DNA of 63,767 bases, the filler included, from Choristocarpus tenellus KU-1152 (Eukaryota > Protista > Phaeophyceae): NCBI GenBank assembly GCA_964200185.2. It is 15 parts of 15 records of this genome, joined end to end, with 100 filler letters (N's around TTAATTAATTAA, not from the genome) between each part and the next. Parts side by side here need not be neighbours in the genome. Positions count along the whole stretch, not along the records: positions 61,069 to 63,767 come from CAXNAD020025533.1; 14 more parts are not named here. One strand, written 5' to 3'. The notes below the pieces were generated by a model. That model saw only the letters and a list, made by a program, of their open reading frames with translations, was not told where the DNA came from and made no database searches. A program made the translations under genes and the position numbers. Positions 63,202 to 63,767 of the stretch are shown here, in pieces (position 1 is the first letter of the stretch; each line of letters begins with the position of its first letter).

Positions 63202-63456
63202 CAGCCAAAGTATCTTAGAGGGTAGAGCCGAGTCCATTTGGGGGTCAAAATCCATGTTGTGATTTTGATGTAATTTTGGCTATCGTGTTTGCCAGGAAGT
63301 GTAAATATCCATGTTCCTGACACACCTTTCATAACGAATACATTTTACCTACTCAAAACATTTTGGAGTAGGAAAATGTCATAAAAAAAGAATGGAAAGC
63401 CAAACCCCAAATGGACAAACAGGGCAAAATCCATACCCTCTAAGATACTTTCACTC
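63202..63456 (-). mobile_element. MITE family A copy A7 (255 bp, inverted), TSD TCT
   Basis: CAGCCAAAGTATCTTAGAGGGTA ... TACCCTCTAAGATACTTTCACTC; TCT on both flanks. Confidence 0.92.
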
Positions 63457-63767
63457 TCTACAATAGGTTGATTGGATCCAAGATAGCACCAATCAGTAAG
63501 GTAAGATGCTCTTTTCCTAACGAGAAAATCATCTTCCTACAATGAATGCCCTCGTATGTCACACACGAACGAGGAAAGGTATGTGATGTGATACTCAAAC
63601 CAGCAACACATGAGAGGCCTCAGTATTGTGAGACATATCCTACAAGGTGAACCTTTCTGGTGTGCAACAAACAGCAGATTCTCAAAATTGAGGTTGGAGC
63701 GGAACTATGAGGATAGTTGTTTTGCGAAAATCGTCTTTAAAAAGTACCCAAAGGTTTTTTAGAAGGG

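Overview
This is not a contiguous locus. It is 15 short contigs (about 2.6-6.9 kb) of an intron-rich eukaryotic, probably protist, genome, joined by 14 artificial N-TTAATTAATTAA-N linkers, so nothing can be inferred from neighbours across a linker. Splicing GT-AG exons by hand recovers fragments of several host genes: a TXNDC9/PLP3-type thioredoxin-fold protein, a golgin-84-like coiled-coil protein, a ferric reductase/NOX-type membrane domain, a USP9/24/34-like deubiquitinase, the RIO1 kinase C-terminus, an ABHD4/5-like hydrolase, a large low-complexity WW-motif ORF and unknown proteins. The rest is transposon-rich. The dominant signal is two dispersed MITE families: A (about 259 bp, 7 copies or ends) and B (about 180 bp, 12 copies or ends). 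Their interiors show no obvious similarity by eye, but they share one end design: a terminal 14-mer (GRSYSAAAGTATCT), a spacer, then GTCCATTTGG. The spacer is 16-17 nt at one end and 26-28 nt at the other, a one-helical-turn asymmetry reminiscent of the 12/23 rule, and most complete copies have 3-bp target-site duplications. Also present are two long foldback elements, a decayed DDE (Sola-like) transposase split by a family-B MITE, a possible tyrosine-recombinase relic, and a RIO1 intron filled with minisatellites and TTAGGG-like repeats.
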